From Minisyncoccota bacterium (lineage in GTDB: Bacteria; Patescibacteriota; Minisyncoccia; UBA6257), in assembly GCA_028694995.1 (NCBI GenBank), contig JAQVJU010000001.1, positions 15,314 through 79,313 of the forward strand: a stretch of 64,000 bases of DNA. The letters run 5' to 3'. Below, piece by piece: positions 40,142-49,230 of this stretch. The notes beneath the pieces are model-generated. The model was not told where the DNA came from. It worked only from the letters and a program-made list of their open reading frames with translations, and ran no database searches. A program made the position numbers and the translations under genes. The stretch's first letter is position 1. Every line of letters begins with the position of its first letter.

Positions 40142-40858
40142 ATGACTACTGATGTAAAAATTTCATTGTTTGCTTTTTTATTTCTCTTTTTGGGTCTTTT
40201 TTTTATATTCAATGGCAGCGCTTTTCCTACCTGGTTTAATTACAAATTTCAAGAAATAACCCATCTTTTCCAAAGCGAATTATTCCGTTCTCCAAAATTC
40301 CTGACTAAAATCCCTGTAGTTGAAAAAGATGGATTAAATTCTAATGTTCTTTTTCCTTTTTTTTCTCCAACTGAAACAGGAAATGTAGTTTTACCGCCTA
40401 TTCCTGAAGAGGCAAATGAAACAAATATTATTGAATTACCAAAATTCAATATTAAAGCCCCAATCATTACTGTAAAAACTCCTGATTTGGATTTAATTTA
40501 CAAAGAGCTTAAAAAAGGAGTGGTGCTTTATCCAGGATCAACTAATCCTAAACAAGGTTATTCTATTATTATCGGTCATAGCTCCCAATATCCATGGGAA
40601 AAAGGTAATTATAAATCAGTTTTTTCTTTATTAAATGAATTGGATATTGGTGACCAAATCTATATTTTTTGGGAGCAACAACCTTTAGTTTTTGAATTTG
40701 CAGATAAGAAAATTTTTATCCCCTGGCCTAAAGGCTCAGAGACCACAGAAACAATCTTTCCCCCAAGCAATGAGGAAACAATTCTTATTCTTCAAAGTTG
40801 CTGGCCGGTGGGTGTAGCCTCAAAGCGAGTTGCGGTAAAGCTGGTTCTTGTGAAATAA
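40142..40858 (+). CDS. Sortase family protein
   Basis: N-terminal TM; catalytic His 'IIGHSS', Cys 'LQSCWP', Arg 'KR'. Confidence 0.85.
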   Translation: MTTDVKISLFAFLFLFLGLFFIFNGSAFPTWFNYKFQEITHLFQSELFRSPKFLTKIPVVEKDGLNSNVLFPFFSPTETGNVVLPPIPEEANETNIIELPKFNIKAPIITVKTPDLDLIYKELKKGVVLYPGSTNPKQGYSIIIGHSSQYPWEKGNYKSVFSLLNELDIGDQIYIFWEQQPLVFEFADKKIFIPWPKGSETTETIFPPSNEETILILQSCWPVGVASKRVAVKLVLVK

Positions 40859-40887
40859 TTCTTTATCTGTTATTATGATTAAGCTTT

Positions 40888-40962
40888 GGCGCTATCGTCT
40901 AGTCTGGTCTAGGACACGGGGCCTTCAATCCCGGAACATGGGTTCGAATCCCATTAGCGCCA
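40888..40962 (+). tRNA. tRNA-Glu(TTC) with C33, no CCA
   Basis: Glu-type D arm GTCT..GGAC; anticodon arm CGGGG-CCTTCAA-TCCCG. Confidence 0.88.
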
Positions 40963-40986
40963 CCTCTTATTGCCAATCATTTTATT

Positions 40987-42090
40987 ATGATAATTTTGGG
41001 AATTGAAACTTCTTGTGATGAAACGGCTATTGGTATTTTAGAAGCTAAAAAAACCAAGGCCGGTTTTTTTATTAAACCCTTAAGCAATGTTGTTTCCAGC
41101 CAAATTAAAATCCATAAAAAATATGGAGGCGTTGTCCCAATGCTAGCTAGTAGAGAACATACAAAAAACATTCCTTTTGTTTTAAAAAAATCTTTACGAC
41201 AAACCTTTGGTTCTGAAAAAGAATTCTCTAAAATTGATCTTATTGCAGTGACTAAAGGGCCAGGTTTAATTCTTTCTTTATTAATTGGTGTTAATTTTGC
41301 TAAAACATTAGCTTGGGCTTGGGAAAAACCAATTATGGGTGTTAATCACTTAGAAGGACATTTATTTAGTTTTTTATTACCAGAAAAGAATAAAAGTCAT
41401 AAGCTTTCAATTAATGATTATGAGAAAATATTCCCTGCTATTTGTCTTTTAGTTTCTGGTGGCCATACCCAATTAATCCATATTAAAAAATTCGGTGATT
41501 ATAAAATTATTGGTGAAACCCGAGATGATGCTGCTGGTGAATGTTTTGATAAAGGAGCTCGTATCTTGGATTTAGAATATCCTGGCGGACCAAATATAGC
41601 TAAAATAGCAGAGCAAGTTAAAACAATTCAAAAAATATCAAAACTACAAGATATTTCTTTGCCTAGACCAATGATACATACTAAAGATTATGATTTTTCT
41701 TTTTCTGGATTAAAAACCGCCCTTCTTTATTTAACTCAAGAGATTAATTTTTCAAATAAAAAAAAGAAATTAACCCCAATGCTTGCTTTTGAGCTTCAAG
41801 AAGCTATTACTGATGTTTTGGTAGAAAAAACTCTTAAAGCTGCTCAAGAATTTAAAACAAAATCCATTATTTTAGCTGGAGGAGTTTCAGCTAATTTAAG
41901 ATTGAGACAAAAATTTGAAAATAGATTAAAAGAGAGAGATTTGAACATTAAACTCTTAACCCCTTTATTGGAATACACTACTGATAATGCTATAATGATA
42001 GCGCTTGCTGGCTTTTTCCAATATGTTTACAACCCAAGGAAAATTTGGGATTGGAAAAAACTTGAAGCAATGGCTAATTTAAGATTATAG
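40987..42090 (+). CDS. tsaD: t6A tRNA threonylcarbamoyltransferase
   Basis: 'ILGIETSCDET', 'NHLEGH', 'VSGGHT', 'DDAAGECFDK', 'TDNAIMI'. Confidence 0.96.
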   Translation: MIILGIETSCDETAIGILEAKKTKAGFFIKPLSNVVSSQIKIHKKYGGVVPMLASREHTKNIPFVLKKSLRQTFGSEKEFSKIDLIAVTKGPGLILSLLIGVNFAKTLAWAWEKPIMGVNHLEGHLFSFLLPEKNKSHKLSINDYEKIFPAICLLVSGGHTQLIHIKKFGDYKIIGETRDDAAGECFDKGARILDLEYPGGPNIAKIAEQVKTIQKISKLQDISLPRPMIHTKDYDFSFSGLKTALLYLTQEINFSNKKKKLTPMLAFELQEAITDVLVEKTLKAAQEFKTKSIILAGGVSANLRLRQKFENRLKERDLNIKLLTPLLEYTTDNAIMIALAGFFQYVYNPRKIWDWKKLEAMANLRL

Positions 42091-42118
42091 GTTAATTTAT
42101 AAAAACAATTCTGAAACC

Positions 42119-44287
42119 GTGGATAAGGTTTACGAACATCAAAAAACAGAAAAAAATATCTATCAGCTTTGGGAAAAATCAGGCTTTTTTAATCCTGATA
42201 AATTACCTTTTGATAAAAAAAGCAAACCTTTTTGTATTATCATGCCTCCACCAAACGCTAATGCGCCATTACATATTGGCCATGGTGTTTTTGTTACTTT
42301 GCAAGATTTAATGATTCGTTTTCAAAGAATGAGGGGCAGAAGAACTCTTTGGCTTCCAGGCACTGATCATGCTGGATTTGAAACCCAAGTAGTTTTTGAA
42401 AAAGAATTAGAAAAACAAGGAAAATCTGGTTTAGAAATGAATCGAGATGAGTTTTATAAATCAGTCTGGCAATACACACAAAAAAACAAAAAAATTGTCA
42501 GAGATCAATTAAAACTCTTAGGCGCTTCTTGTGATTGGTCTCGAGAAAAATTCACTCTTGATAAGGATATTCAAAAAACTGTTTATCAAACCTTAGAAAA
42601 ATTATGGAAAGACGGATTATTGTATCGAGGCAAAAGAATTGTCAACTATTGCCCTAAGCATAAAACTGCTTTTTCTGAATTAGAAGTTAAATATCAAGAA
42701 CAAAAAGATTTTCTCTATTTTGTAAGATACAGGTTAAAAGAAGAAAAAAACAAATGGATTACTGTGGCTACTACCAGACCAGAAACTATTCCTGGAGACA
42801 CGGCTATAGCCGTTAATCCTAAGGATAATAGATATAAAAAATTAATTAATAAAATTGTTATTGAACCAATCACCAAAAGAGAAATTCCTATAATTGCTGA
42901 TAAAGATGTTGAAATTGATTTTGGTACTGGGGCTTTAAAAATTACTCCAGCTCATGATTCTTTAGATTTTGAAATAGGGCAAAGGCATCATTTAGAAACA
43001 AGAGGAACTTTGGATTTTAACGGCTATTTTAATGAATTAGCCGGGCCTTTAGCTGGGCTCAATGTTTCTCAAGCCAGAGAAAAATCAATAACAATTTTAC
43101 AAGCCAATGGCTCTTTAGTTAAAAAAGAAGAATATGTTCATCAAGTAGGGCATTGTTATAAATGTAATTCCAGAATAGAGCCAATGATTATGGACCAATG
43201 GTTTATAGCAATGACCAAACTCTTACCAAAGAAAAATAAGTCTTTAAAAGATTTAGCTATTAATGCTGTAAAAAAGGGAGAGATAAAGATAATCCCTTCT
43301 CGTTTTGAAAAGGTATTTTTCCACTGGATGAATAATATCAAAGACTGGAATATTTCCCGTCAAATTCGTTGGGGAATTCCTATCCCTGCTTATCATTGTG
43401 AAGATTGTAAAGAATCTTTTATACAAATAGATAAAATCCCTAAAAAATGCCTTTATTGCCAAAGCAAGAATATTAAAAAAGACACTGATGTCTTAGATAC
43501 CTGGTTTTCTTCAGGTCAATGGCCTTATGCTACTCTTTTTGACAAACAAGGATTAAAATCTAAAGATTTTAAAACCTTTTATCCCACTGACATAATGGAA
43601 ACTGGTTGGGATATTCTATTTTTCTGGGTTGCTAGGATGATTATCCTAGGTATTTATTATACTGGGAAAATTCCATTTAAATATGTTTATCTTCATGGTT
43701 TGGTCAGAGATAAAGATAGACAAAAAATGTCTAAATCAAAAGGTAATGTTATTGATCCCTTAGCTGTAATTGATGTTTATGGAGCTGATGCTTTAAGAAT
43801 GGCTTTAATTATTGGCAATACAGCAGGCAATGATATTGTTATTTCAGAAGAAAAAATCAAAGGTTATCGTAATTTTGCTAATAAAATATGGAATGCCTCT
43901 CGTTTTGTTATTAGTAATTTAAATGATTATGATGGCAAAAAACCAATATTAAATACAAAGGATAAAAAGATATTAATTGCCTTTGAGAAAACAAAACAAA
44001 AGATAACAAAAAACTTAGAAAACTTTAAATTCTCTTTAGCTGGAGAAGCTCTTTATCATTATTTTTGGCATACTTTTGCTGACAAAATAATTGAGGAAAT
44101 GAAAAATAGGATTAAAGAAAATCAAGATAAAAAACAAGCTCAATATATCCTTGATATAATCCTAAAAGATTGCTTAAAAATGTTACATCCATTCATGCCA
44201 TTTGCTACTGAAGCTATTTGGCAAAAACTACCTCATTATAAAAACAAAAAAGATAATCTTTTAATAATTACTCAATGGCCTCAATAA
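42119..44287 (+). CDS. valS: Valine--tRNA ligase (compact)
   Basis: 'PPPNA..LHIGH', 'TTRPET', 'DWNISRQ', 'KMSKS'. Confidence 0.95.
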   Translation: MDKVYEHQKTEKNIYQLWEKSGFFNPDKLPFDKKSKPFCIIMPPPNANAPLHIGHGVFVTLQDLMIRFQRMRGRRTLWLPGTDHAGFETQVVFEKELEKQGKSGLEMNRDEFYKSVWQYTQKNKKIVRDQLKLLGASCDWSREKFTLDKDIQKTVYQTLEKLWKDGLLYRGKRIVNYCPKHKTAFSELEVKYQEQKDFLYFVRYRLKEEKNKWITVATTRPETIPGDTAIAVNPKDNRYKKLINKIVIEPITKREIPIIADKDVEIDFGTGALKITPAHDSLDFEIGQRHHLETRGTLDFNGYFNELAGPLAGLNVSQAREKSITILQANGSLVKKEEYVHQVGHCYKCNSRIEPMIMDQWFIAMTKLLPKKNKSLKDLAINAVKKGEIKIIPSRFEKVFFHWMNNIKDWNISRQIRWGIPIPAYHCEDCKESFIQIDKIPKKCLYCQSKNIKKDTDVLDTWFSSGQWPYATLFDKQGLKSKDFKTFYPTDIMETGWDILFFWVARMIILGIYYTGKIPFKYVYLHGLVRDKDRQKMSKSKGNVIDPLAVIDVYGADALRMALIIGNTAGNDIVISEEKIKGYRNFANKIWNASRFVISNLNDYDGKKPILNTKDKKILIAFEKTKQKITKNLENFKFSLAGEALYHYFWHTFADKIIEEMKNRIKENQDKKQAQYILDIILKDCLKMLHPFMPFATEAIWQKLPHYKNKKDNLLIITQWPQ

Positions 44288-45015
44288 TTTTGACTTTTAT
44301 TTTAGCAATCTTTATTGGGCTCTTGCCTATTATCCTCTGGTTAATATTTTTTCTATGGCAAGACATTAATAAACCAGAGCCTTTAAAATGGATTTTGATT
44401 CTGTTTTTATTAGGAGCTATCATTACTCCCTTTATTGGAATTATTGAAAATTATTTGCTAAAACTATTTAAAATAAACACTTTAGGTTCTTTATCTTTTG
44501 CTACTGCTATTCTTGTTTGCTTAATCATTGCAATAATAGAAGAATTGGCAAAGTTTTTTACTACAGCAATAGCTTTGAAAAAAAATAAACATTTTGATGA
44601 AGCAATCGACGCGATGATCTATTTAATTGTTTTAGCTTTAGGGTTTGGAGCAGTAGAGAATACATTAGTTGCTTTTCAAGAAATAATGCTTGGAGCAAGT
44701 TTTTTACCAACGCTTCAGTTAATAAGTTTGCGTTTTGTTGGTGCTAATCTACTCCATGCTATAAGCTCAGGAATTATTGGTTTTTTCTGGGCTTTAAGCT
44801 TAATAACTGATAGGAAAAAATATTTAAATATAGGATTATTCTTAGGTATTTTATTGCATTGGCTCTTTAATATTGCTATTATAAAACTAGGCGGCAATGC
44901 TGTTTTTGTAATCAGTCTTGTTTTATTCTTTACTAGTATTTTCCTTCTTTGGGCATTTGATATCCTAAAACAAATTCAAAAACCCATTAATTCAAAAAAT
45001 AAATTAATAATTTAA
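44275..45015 (+). CDS. PrsW family intramembrane metalloprotease
   Basis: 'PEP', 'IEELAK', 'GFGAVEN', 'LLHA', 'LHWLFN'. Confidence 0.92.
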   Translation: MASIILTFILAIFIGLLPIILWLIFFLWQDINKPEPLKWILILFLLGAIITPFIGIIENYLLKLFKINTLGSLSFATAILVCLIIAIIEELAKFFTTAIALKKNKHFDEAIDAMIYLIVLALGFGAVENTLVAFQEIMLGASFLPTLQLISLRFVGANLLHAISSGIIGFFWALSLITDRKKYLNIGLFLGILLHWLFNIAIIKLGGNAVFVISLVLFFTSIFLLWAFDILKQIQKPINSKNKLII

Positions 45016-45019
45016 TACT

Positions 45020-45415
45020 ATGGCAGAAAAAACCATTTCAAAGAAAATTAACAAAGAAGAAAATGTTTGGCCAGCTTCAGAAGAAGAAGGCGAATTAGCA
45101 ATTGATCTTTGTGAAACCAAAGACGAGCTCATTCTTCAAGCAGCTATTGGCGGTGTGAATATAAATGAAATAGATATTTCTATTACCAATGACATGATTA
45201 CCATCAGGGGAGAAAGAAATCGGGAGGGAAAAGATAAAATTGATAAATTTTATTACAGTGAGTGTTTTTGGGGTCCTTTTTCTCGTTCCTTAATCCTCCC
45301 TCAAGAAATAAACGCTGATAAAGCTAAGGCCTCTATCAAAAATGGTTTACTTAGCATCTATTTGCCAAAATTAATTAAAACCAAAAAGAAAACTTTAAAA
45401 ATAGAAGAGGAATAA
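45020..45415 (+). CDS. Small heat shock protein (Hsp20)
   Basis: 'ITIRGER', 'FSRSLILP', 'ASIKNGLL.I.LPK'. Confidence 0.93.
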   Translation: MAEKTISKKINKEENVWPASEEEGELAIDLCETKDELILQAAIGGVNINEIDISITNDMITIRGERNREGKDKIDKFYYSECFWGPFSRSLILPQEINADKAKASIKNGLLSIYLPKLIKTKKKTLKIEEE

Positions 45416-45417
45416 AA

Positions 45418-45501
45418 GCCGCGGTGGCGGAACTGGCAGACGCAATAGGTTTAGGACCTATTAGGGTTTTCCCTGTGGGAGTTCAAATCTCCCCCGCGGC
45501 A
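45418..45501 (+). tRNA. tRNA-Leu(TAG), no CCA
   Basis: Anticodon arm ATAGG-TTTAGGA-CCTAT; long variable arm. Confidence 0.93.
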
Positions 45502-45510
45502 CCCTATTAA

Positions 45511-45541
45511 TTAAAAACTCCGTTTTAAACGGAGTTTTTAA
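45511..45541. terminator. Bidirectional intrinsic terminator
   Basis: TTAAAAACTCCGTTT-T-AAACGGAGTTTTTAA inverted repeat. Confidence 0.8.
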
Positions 45542-45568
45542 TTTGTAATTTAATCTCTTTTTTACTTC

Positions 45569-45916
45569 TTAGAAACCTGTAATACTTACACCTAAGAAAT
45601 TAGCCACTAGGTAAATTAATACCTTAGCCAATAAAGCTATTCCTACTCCTATCAAAGCATAAACCAAAGAGTTTAATGCTTTTTTGGCTTTTTCTGCATC
45701 TCCAGCTGCTGTTATATATTGCCAACCTGCAAAAACTATCATAATCGCTGCTAGAAAAAGCACAATATTAAAAAACCAATTCAAAACTTTTGTTAATATT
45801 ACCCAGATATCAGTTAATCCTCCAGATGTTCCTGGGGGGATAGTTGCTGGCTGACCAAAACAAGGCAAAGCAATAAAAAAGCTTAAAAGTAAAACTGGGA
45901 CGATATATTTTTCCAT
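45569..45916 (-). CDS. TrbC/VirB2-like pilin
   Basis: Signal peptide and two TM helices; 'IVFAGWQYITAAGDAEKAKKA...YALIG'. Confidence 0.8.
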   Translation of the reverse strand: MEKYIVPVLLLSFFIALPCFGQPATIPPGTSGGLTDIWVILTKVLNWFFNIVLFLAAIMIVFAGWQYITAAGDAEKAKKALNSLVYALIGVGIALLAKVLIYLVANFLGVSITGF

Positions 45917-45941
45917 TTTGTTTATTGAAATTAATTATATT

Positions 45942-45948
45942 CGACCTT
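45942..45948 (-). promoter_or_regulatory. AAGGTCG motif 25 nt upstream of the pilin ATG
   Basis: Recurrent motif at a fixed distance from start codons. Confidence 0.5.
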
Positions 45949-46033
45949 TAAAAATTATAACAAATTTTAAGCAAATACTCAATAAAAATGATGCTAATTA
46001 ATAATACAATCATGTATTCTTAAGATAGTTTTT

Positions 46034-46417
46034 TTATTTACCTACTTCACTCATTTCGTTTATTGTATTGTTTCCTATTGTTAAATCAACTTCAAGAACA
46101 TTTTCAATTACTTTAGTTATTGCGCTTGCCATTAAAACTACACCAATTCCTACTAAAGCCCAAATTAAAGTCTTTTGAGCTGTTTCTATCTTTTGCTGAT
46201 TTCCAGCAGAAGTCATATATAAATAACCTGCATAAACAATGAGTATTGCACTTACTATTACAGCCAAACTCTTTAAGAAATTAATTATAGCTTCTATTAA
46301 ACTGGTAATGGTTGTAATTTCTTTAAAGGGATTTTTAAATGCAAAATCTTGCCCTAATGCTGGTAAAGCTATTAAGAAAATTGTTAATAGACTAATTATA
46401 AAAATAAGATTTTTCAT
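46034..46417 (-). CDS. TrbC/VirB2-like pilin
   Basis: 'IVYAGYLYMTSAGNQQKIETAQKTLIWALVG'. Confidence 0.82.
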   Translation of the reverse strand: MKNLIFIISLLTIFLIALPALGQDFAFKNPFKEITTITSLIEAIINFLKSLAVIVSAILIVYAGYLYMTSAGNQQKIETAQKTLIWALVGIGVVLMASAITKVIENVLEVDLTIGNNTINEMSEVGK

Positions 46418-46436
46418 TTTGTTAAGTTAATTAAGA

Positions 46437-47276
46437 TTAATGAATATACGAAGGGATACAATAAACAAAAGCCTTGCCTTGTGGCTGCTTTGTTGCTGTG
46501 TTTTCAAAAGTACAAGTCCAACCAGTTTTTGTACTCTCTGATTGCAAAATCTCAGTTGTAGAATCTAAGGCAAAACAAAAACCTTCTTTTAAATAATAAT
46601 AATTTGGTTCACAATAAGCTGTTCCAAAAGCCTGCTTGCAATCTGCTTCCATATAGTCATAACAATAGATTGACTCTTCTGCCCATTTACCATAGCTAGC
46701 TACATCCCAATATTTTTGCTCTATTTCAGTTTTCCTGCTTTGTATTTGTTCCTCAAGACTGGGGGTGGGAGGAAGATTGCTGTCAGAATTAGAGGAAGAA
46801 AAGCTTGGCGGTTGTGAAGATTGAGGAGGTTGTGGGGATTGTGGCTTCACCTCTTCGCATTCAATTTTCCACCAAGTGCCAGTATAATACTCTGGGTCAA
46901 GTTCTCCTGTGAAATTAATAAGAAACCAGAATATTGTATTAACAATTACCCAAGCAGCTAAAATAATTATTAGCCCCATGATAGCATTGTAAATTGTTTT
47001 TTGTCCTGTTCTGATATTCTCTTCTTTACCTGCTGAAAAAATCCAAAGAAACCCTCCATAAACTATTAAAATAACAATAATTAAGAAAGCTATTTCTATG
47101 GCAAAATACACTACATTTTGAGCTAATTGTAATAGATGACAGATATTACATTCTGGTTCTGAAGGCCCTCCACAAGGAACTAATCCAGCTGCCTGAACAA
47201 ACAAAGGAAAACAATAAAAACCAATCATTAAGAAAAAGATAATTAATTTCTGAGTTATTTTGTTTGTATTTTTCAT
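46437..47276 (-). CDS. Pilin-like protein with a Pro/Ser linker and a Cys-containing C-terminal domain
   Basis: 'GLVPCG...C..CHL', 'IVYGGFLWIFSAG......GQKTIYNAIMG'. Confidence 0.78.
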   Translation of the reverse strand: MKNTNKITQKLIIFFLMIGFYCFPLFVQAAGLVPCGGPSEPECNICHLLQLAQNVVYFAIEIAFLIIVILIVYGGFLWIFSAGKEENIRTGQKTIYNAIMGLIIILAAWVIVNTIFWFLINFTGELDPEYYTGTWWKIECEEVKPQSPQPPQSSQPPSFSSSNSDSNLPPTPSLEEQIQSRKTEIEQKYWDVASYGKWAEESIYCYDYMEADCKQAFGTAYCEPNYYYLKEGFCFALDSTTEILQSESTKTGWTCTFENTATKQPQGKAFVYCIPSYIH

Positions 47277-47313
47277 CTTTCTTTTATTTTAATCCTTTTT
47301 ATATTTAATTAAA

Positions 47314-48627
47314 TCATTGTCTTTGTTTCCAAAAAAGATTAATGTTGTCTCGTGCTATTCCAATAGCTCTTGCTGGTTCTTCACCTTTTAAAAGAACCCC
47401 GTTAATCATTTCTTGAAAAATCTTTTTTATATCTTGAAAATTGTATTGATACCAATTATAAGTTGTTAAAAGTTGCCTGATAAAAACTCCACTATCTAAA
47501 TCATTGAGAGATTCATTAATCAAGTCAAGCCGAGCCGGGGGGTTTTTAGTTTGATTAAAATAAGATTGAGCAATGTTCTTTTGATTAAAAAATTTCAAAA
47601 AATCCCAACTTGCTTTTTGATACTGAGAAGACTGGATCACTGCTAAAACCATTGTTTGTCCATAATTAATTCTTGAAGAAGAACCATCAATAAATTGAGA
47701 TAAAGCAGTAACTCCATAACTTAAATTAGGACTGTATCCCTCTATTATTTTTTTTGCTTGATTATATCCTATCATCATCACTGTTTCTCCTCGACTAAAA
47801 GCAATTATTGAATTATCCATATTATCATTCCAGGTATAATATCGAGAATAAGGGTTTGCAAATTGAGTATAAAAATTTATAGCTTCTTCTCCAGGGACTA
47901 TAGATTTATTCCCTCTTTCAACAGCTCTATCAAAAATTACCCTTTTTTCAGATAAATCAACCATTTCACTGCCATATTGCATCATTAGGGCTGAGAGAAT
48001 ATCTGTTTCCCATTCAATATTAGAAGCCAAACCTAAGGCAATTGCTGCTCTGCTAATGCGTCCTTGGGGATTCACTTGCCTTAGAGTAGGTATTAAGTCA
48101 AGAATCTCTTCCCAAGTGGTTGGCGGCAAAACTATATTATAATGCTTAAAAACATCCTGGTTATAATAAAGAACTAAAGTATCAGTATAAAGAGGTAAAC
48201 CTAATAAATGATTATCTTCAATTATTCCACTCAGAGATATTGGCGAATAATCCTGCTTTAAATCAAAAACATTAAAATATTTATCTGTATTTAAATCCAA
48301 AGGGTAGATTTTATCTTGATAAACAGGCAACCAATTATCTTGAAGCATTAAAATATCAGGCGCCTGATTATCTGCAAAAGCCCTTAAAAGATCTTCATGA
48401 TAAGTCTTTTCGTCTTTTAAGGTATAGTTAACAGTAATATGAGGATATGATTGATTGTAAGCTTGAGTTATGAGCTCAAAAGCCAAAGGATCATCTCTTA
48501 TTCCCCAAATTTCTAAAGTAATTGGTTTTGGGCGGACTTTTCTAAAAAAAATACCAGCAAAAGCAATCAAAAAAATAACAACAAAAGCGATTAAAACAAT
48601 TTTTTTTTGATGAGATGTTAAAGACAT
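47314..48627 (-). CDS. Extracellular solute-binding protein (family 1, sugar type)
   Basis: 'APDI', 'GLPLYTDTLVLYYN', 'PPTTWEE', 'WDFLKF'. Confidence 0.88.
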   Translation of the reverse strand: MSLTSHQKKIVLIAFVVIFLIAFAGIFFRKVRPKPITLEIWGIRDDPLAFELITQAYNQSYPHITVNYTLKDEKTYHEDLLRAFADNQAPDILMLQDNWLPVYQDKIYPLDLNTDKYFNVFDLKQDYSPISLSGIIEDNHLLGLPLYTDTLVLYYNQDVFKHYNIVLPPTTWEEILDLIPTLRQVNPQGRISRAAIALGLASNIEWETDILSALMMQYGSEMVDLSEKRVIFDRAVERGNKSIVPGEEAINFYTQFANPYSRYYTWNDNMDNSIIAFSRGETVMMIGYNQAKKIIEGYSPNLSYGVTALSQFIDGSSSRINYGQTMVLAVIQSSQYQKASWDFLKFFNQKNIAQSYFNQTKNPPARLDLINESLNDLDSGVFIRQLLTTYNWYQYNFQDIKKIFQEMINGVLLKGEEPARAIGIARDNINLFWKQRQ

Positions 48628-48639
48628 GATTTTTATATT

Positions 48640-49185
48640 TTAGGCTCTGGCTTTGGGTAATTTTGCCAAAAACCCATAATGAGTAATGCCTAAAGATAAT
48701 TCTCTTTCTAATTGAAAACCTGATTTTTCAATTAGGTTTAATGCATCTTCTTTTGAAAAAGGCAATAATTGTTTTTGCGCTGGTAGTTTATCAGGATTCC
48801 ACTCTATAACTACAAGATAGCTTTCTGGTTTTAAAACTCTCTTAGCTTCTAAAAGAAACTTTTCTTTATTTTCTACTTGAAAAAGAACATTGGCTATTAA
48901 AACTAAATCACAAGAACCATTAGGTAAATTACTGCCTCTTTCCTCTTCTAAATTAGCCCATCGTGTTTCTATAATCGGCAAAAGGCCTTCTGTTTTTGCC
49001 CTGAATTCCAAAGCCTCTAAAGAAGGTTTCCAAATATCAAGAGAAATCACTTTTCCTGAAGGCCTGACAAGTTTAGCCATGGCCAAACTAAAATAACCTG
49101 AACCGCTGCCAAAATCAGCCACTACCATTCCTTCTTTTAAAGGTAAGGTTCTGATTATTTCTTCTGGATTAAAAAAAGTATTCAT
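48640..49185 (-). CDS. Class I SAM-dependent methyltransferase
   Basis: 'VADFGSGSGYF', 'EAKRVLKP..LVVIEW'. Confidence 0.9.
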   Translation of the reverse strand: MNTFFNPEEIIRTLPLKEGMVVADFGSGSGYFSLAMAKLVRPSGKVISLDIWKPSLEALEFRAKTEGLLPIIETRWANLEEERGSNLPNGSCDLVLIANVLFQVENKEKFLLEAKRVLKPESYLVVIEWNPDKLPAQKQLLPFSKEDALNLIEKSGFQLERELSLGITHYGFLAKLPKARA

Positions 49186-49230
49186 TAAAATTAAATTCTT
49201 TGTTATTAATTTTAATTATACCAAATTATC

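Noticed and set aside
40918-40930. UCA triplet in the tRNA-Glu loop as a possible UGA-reading tRNA or sign of genetic code 25
   Set aside because: Stem pairing centres UUC, the body is Glu-like, and intact genes end at TGA (47314, 32970) without TGA-fragmented ORFs.
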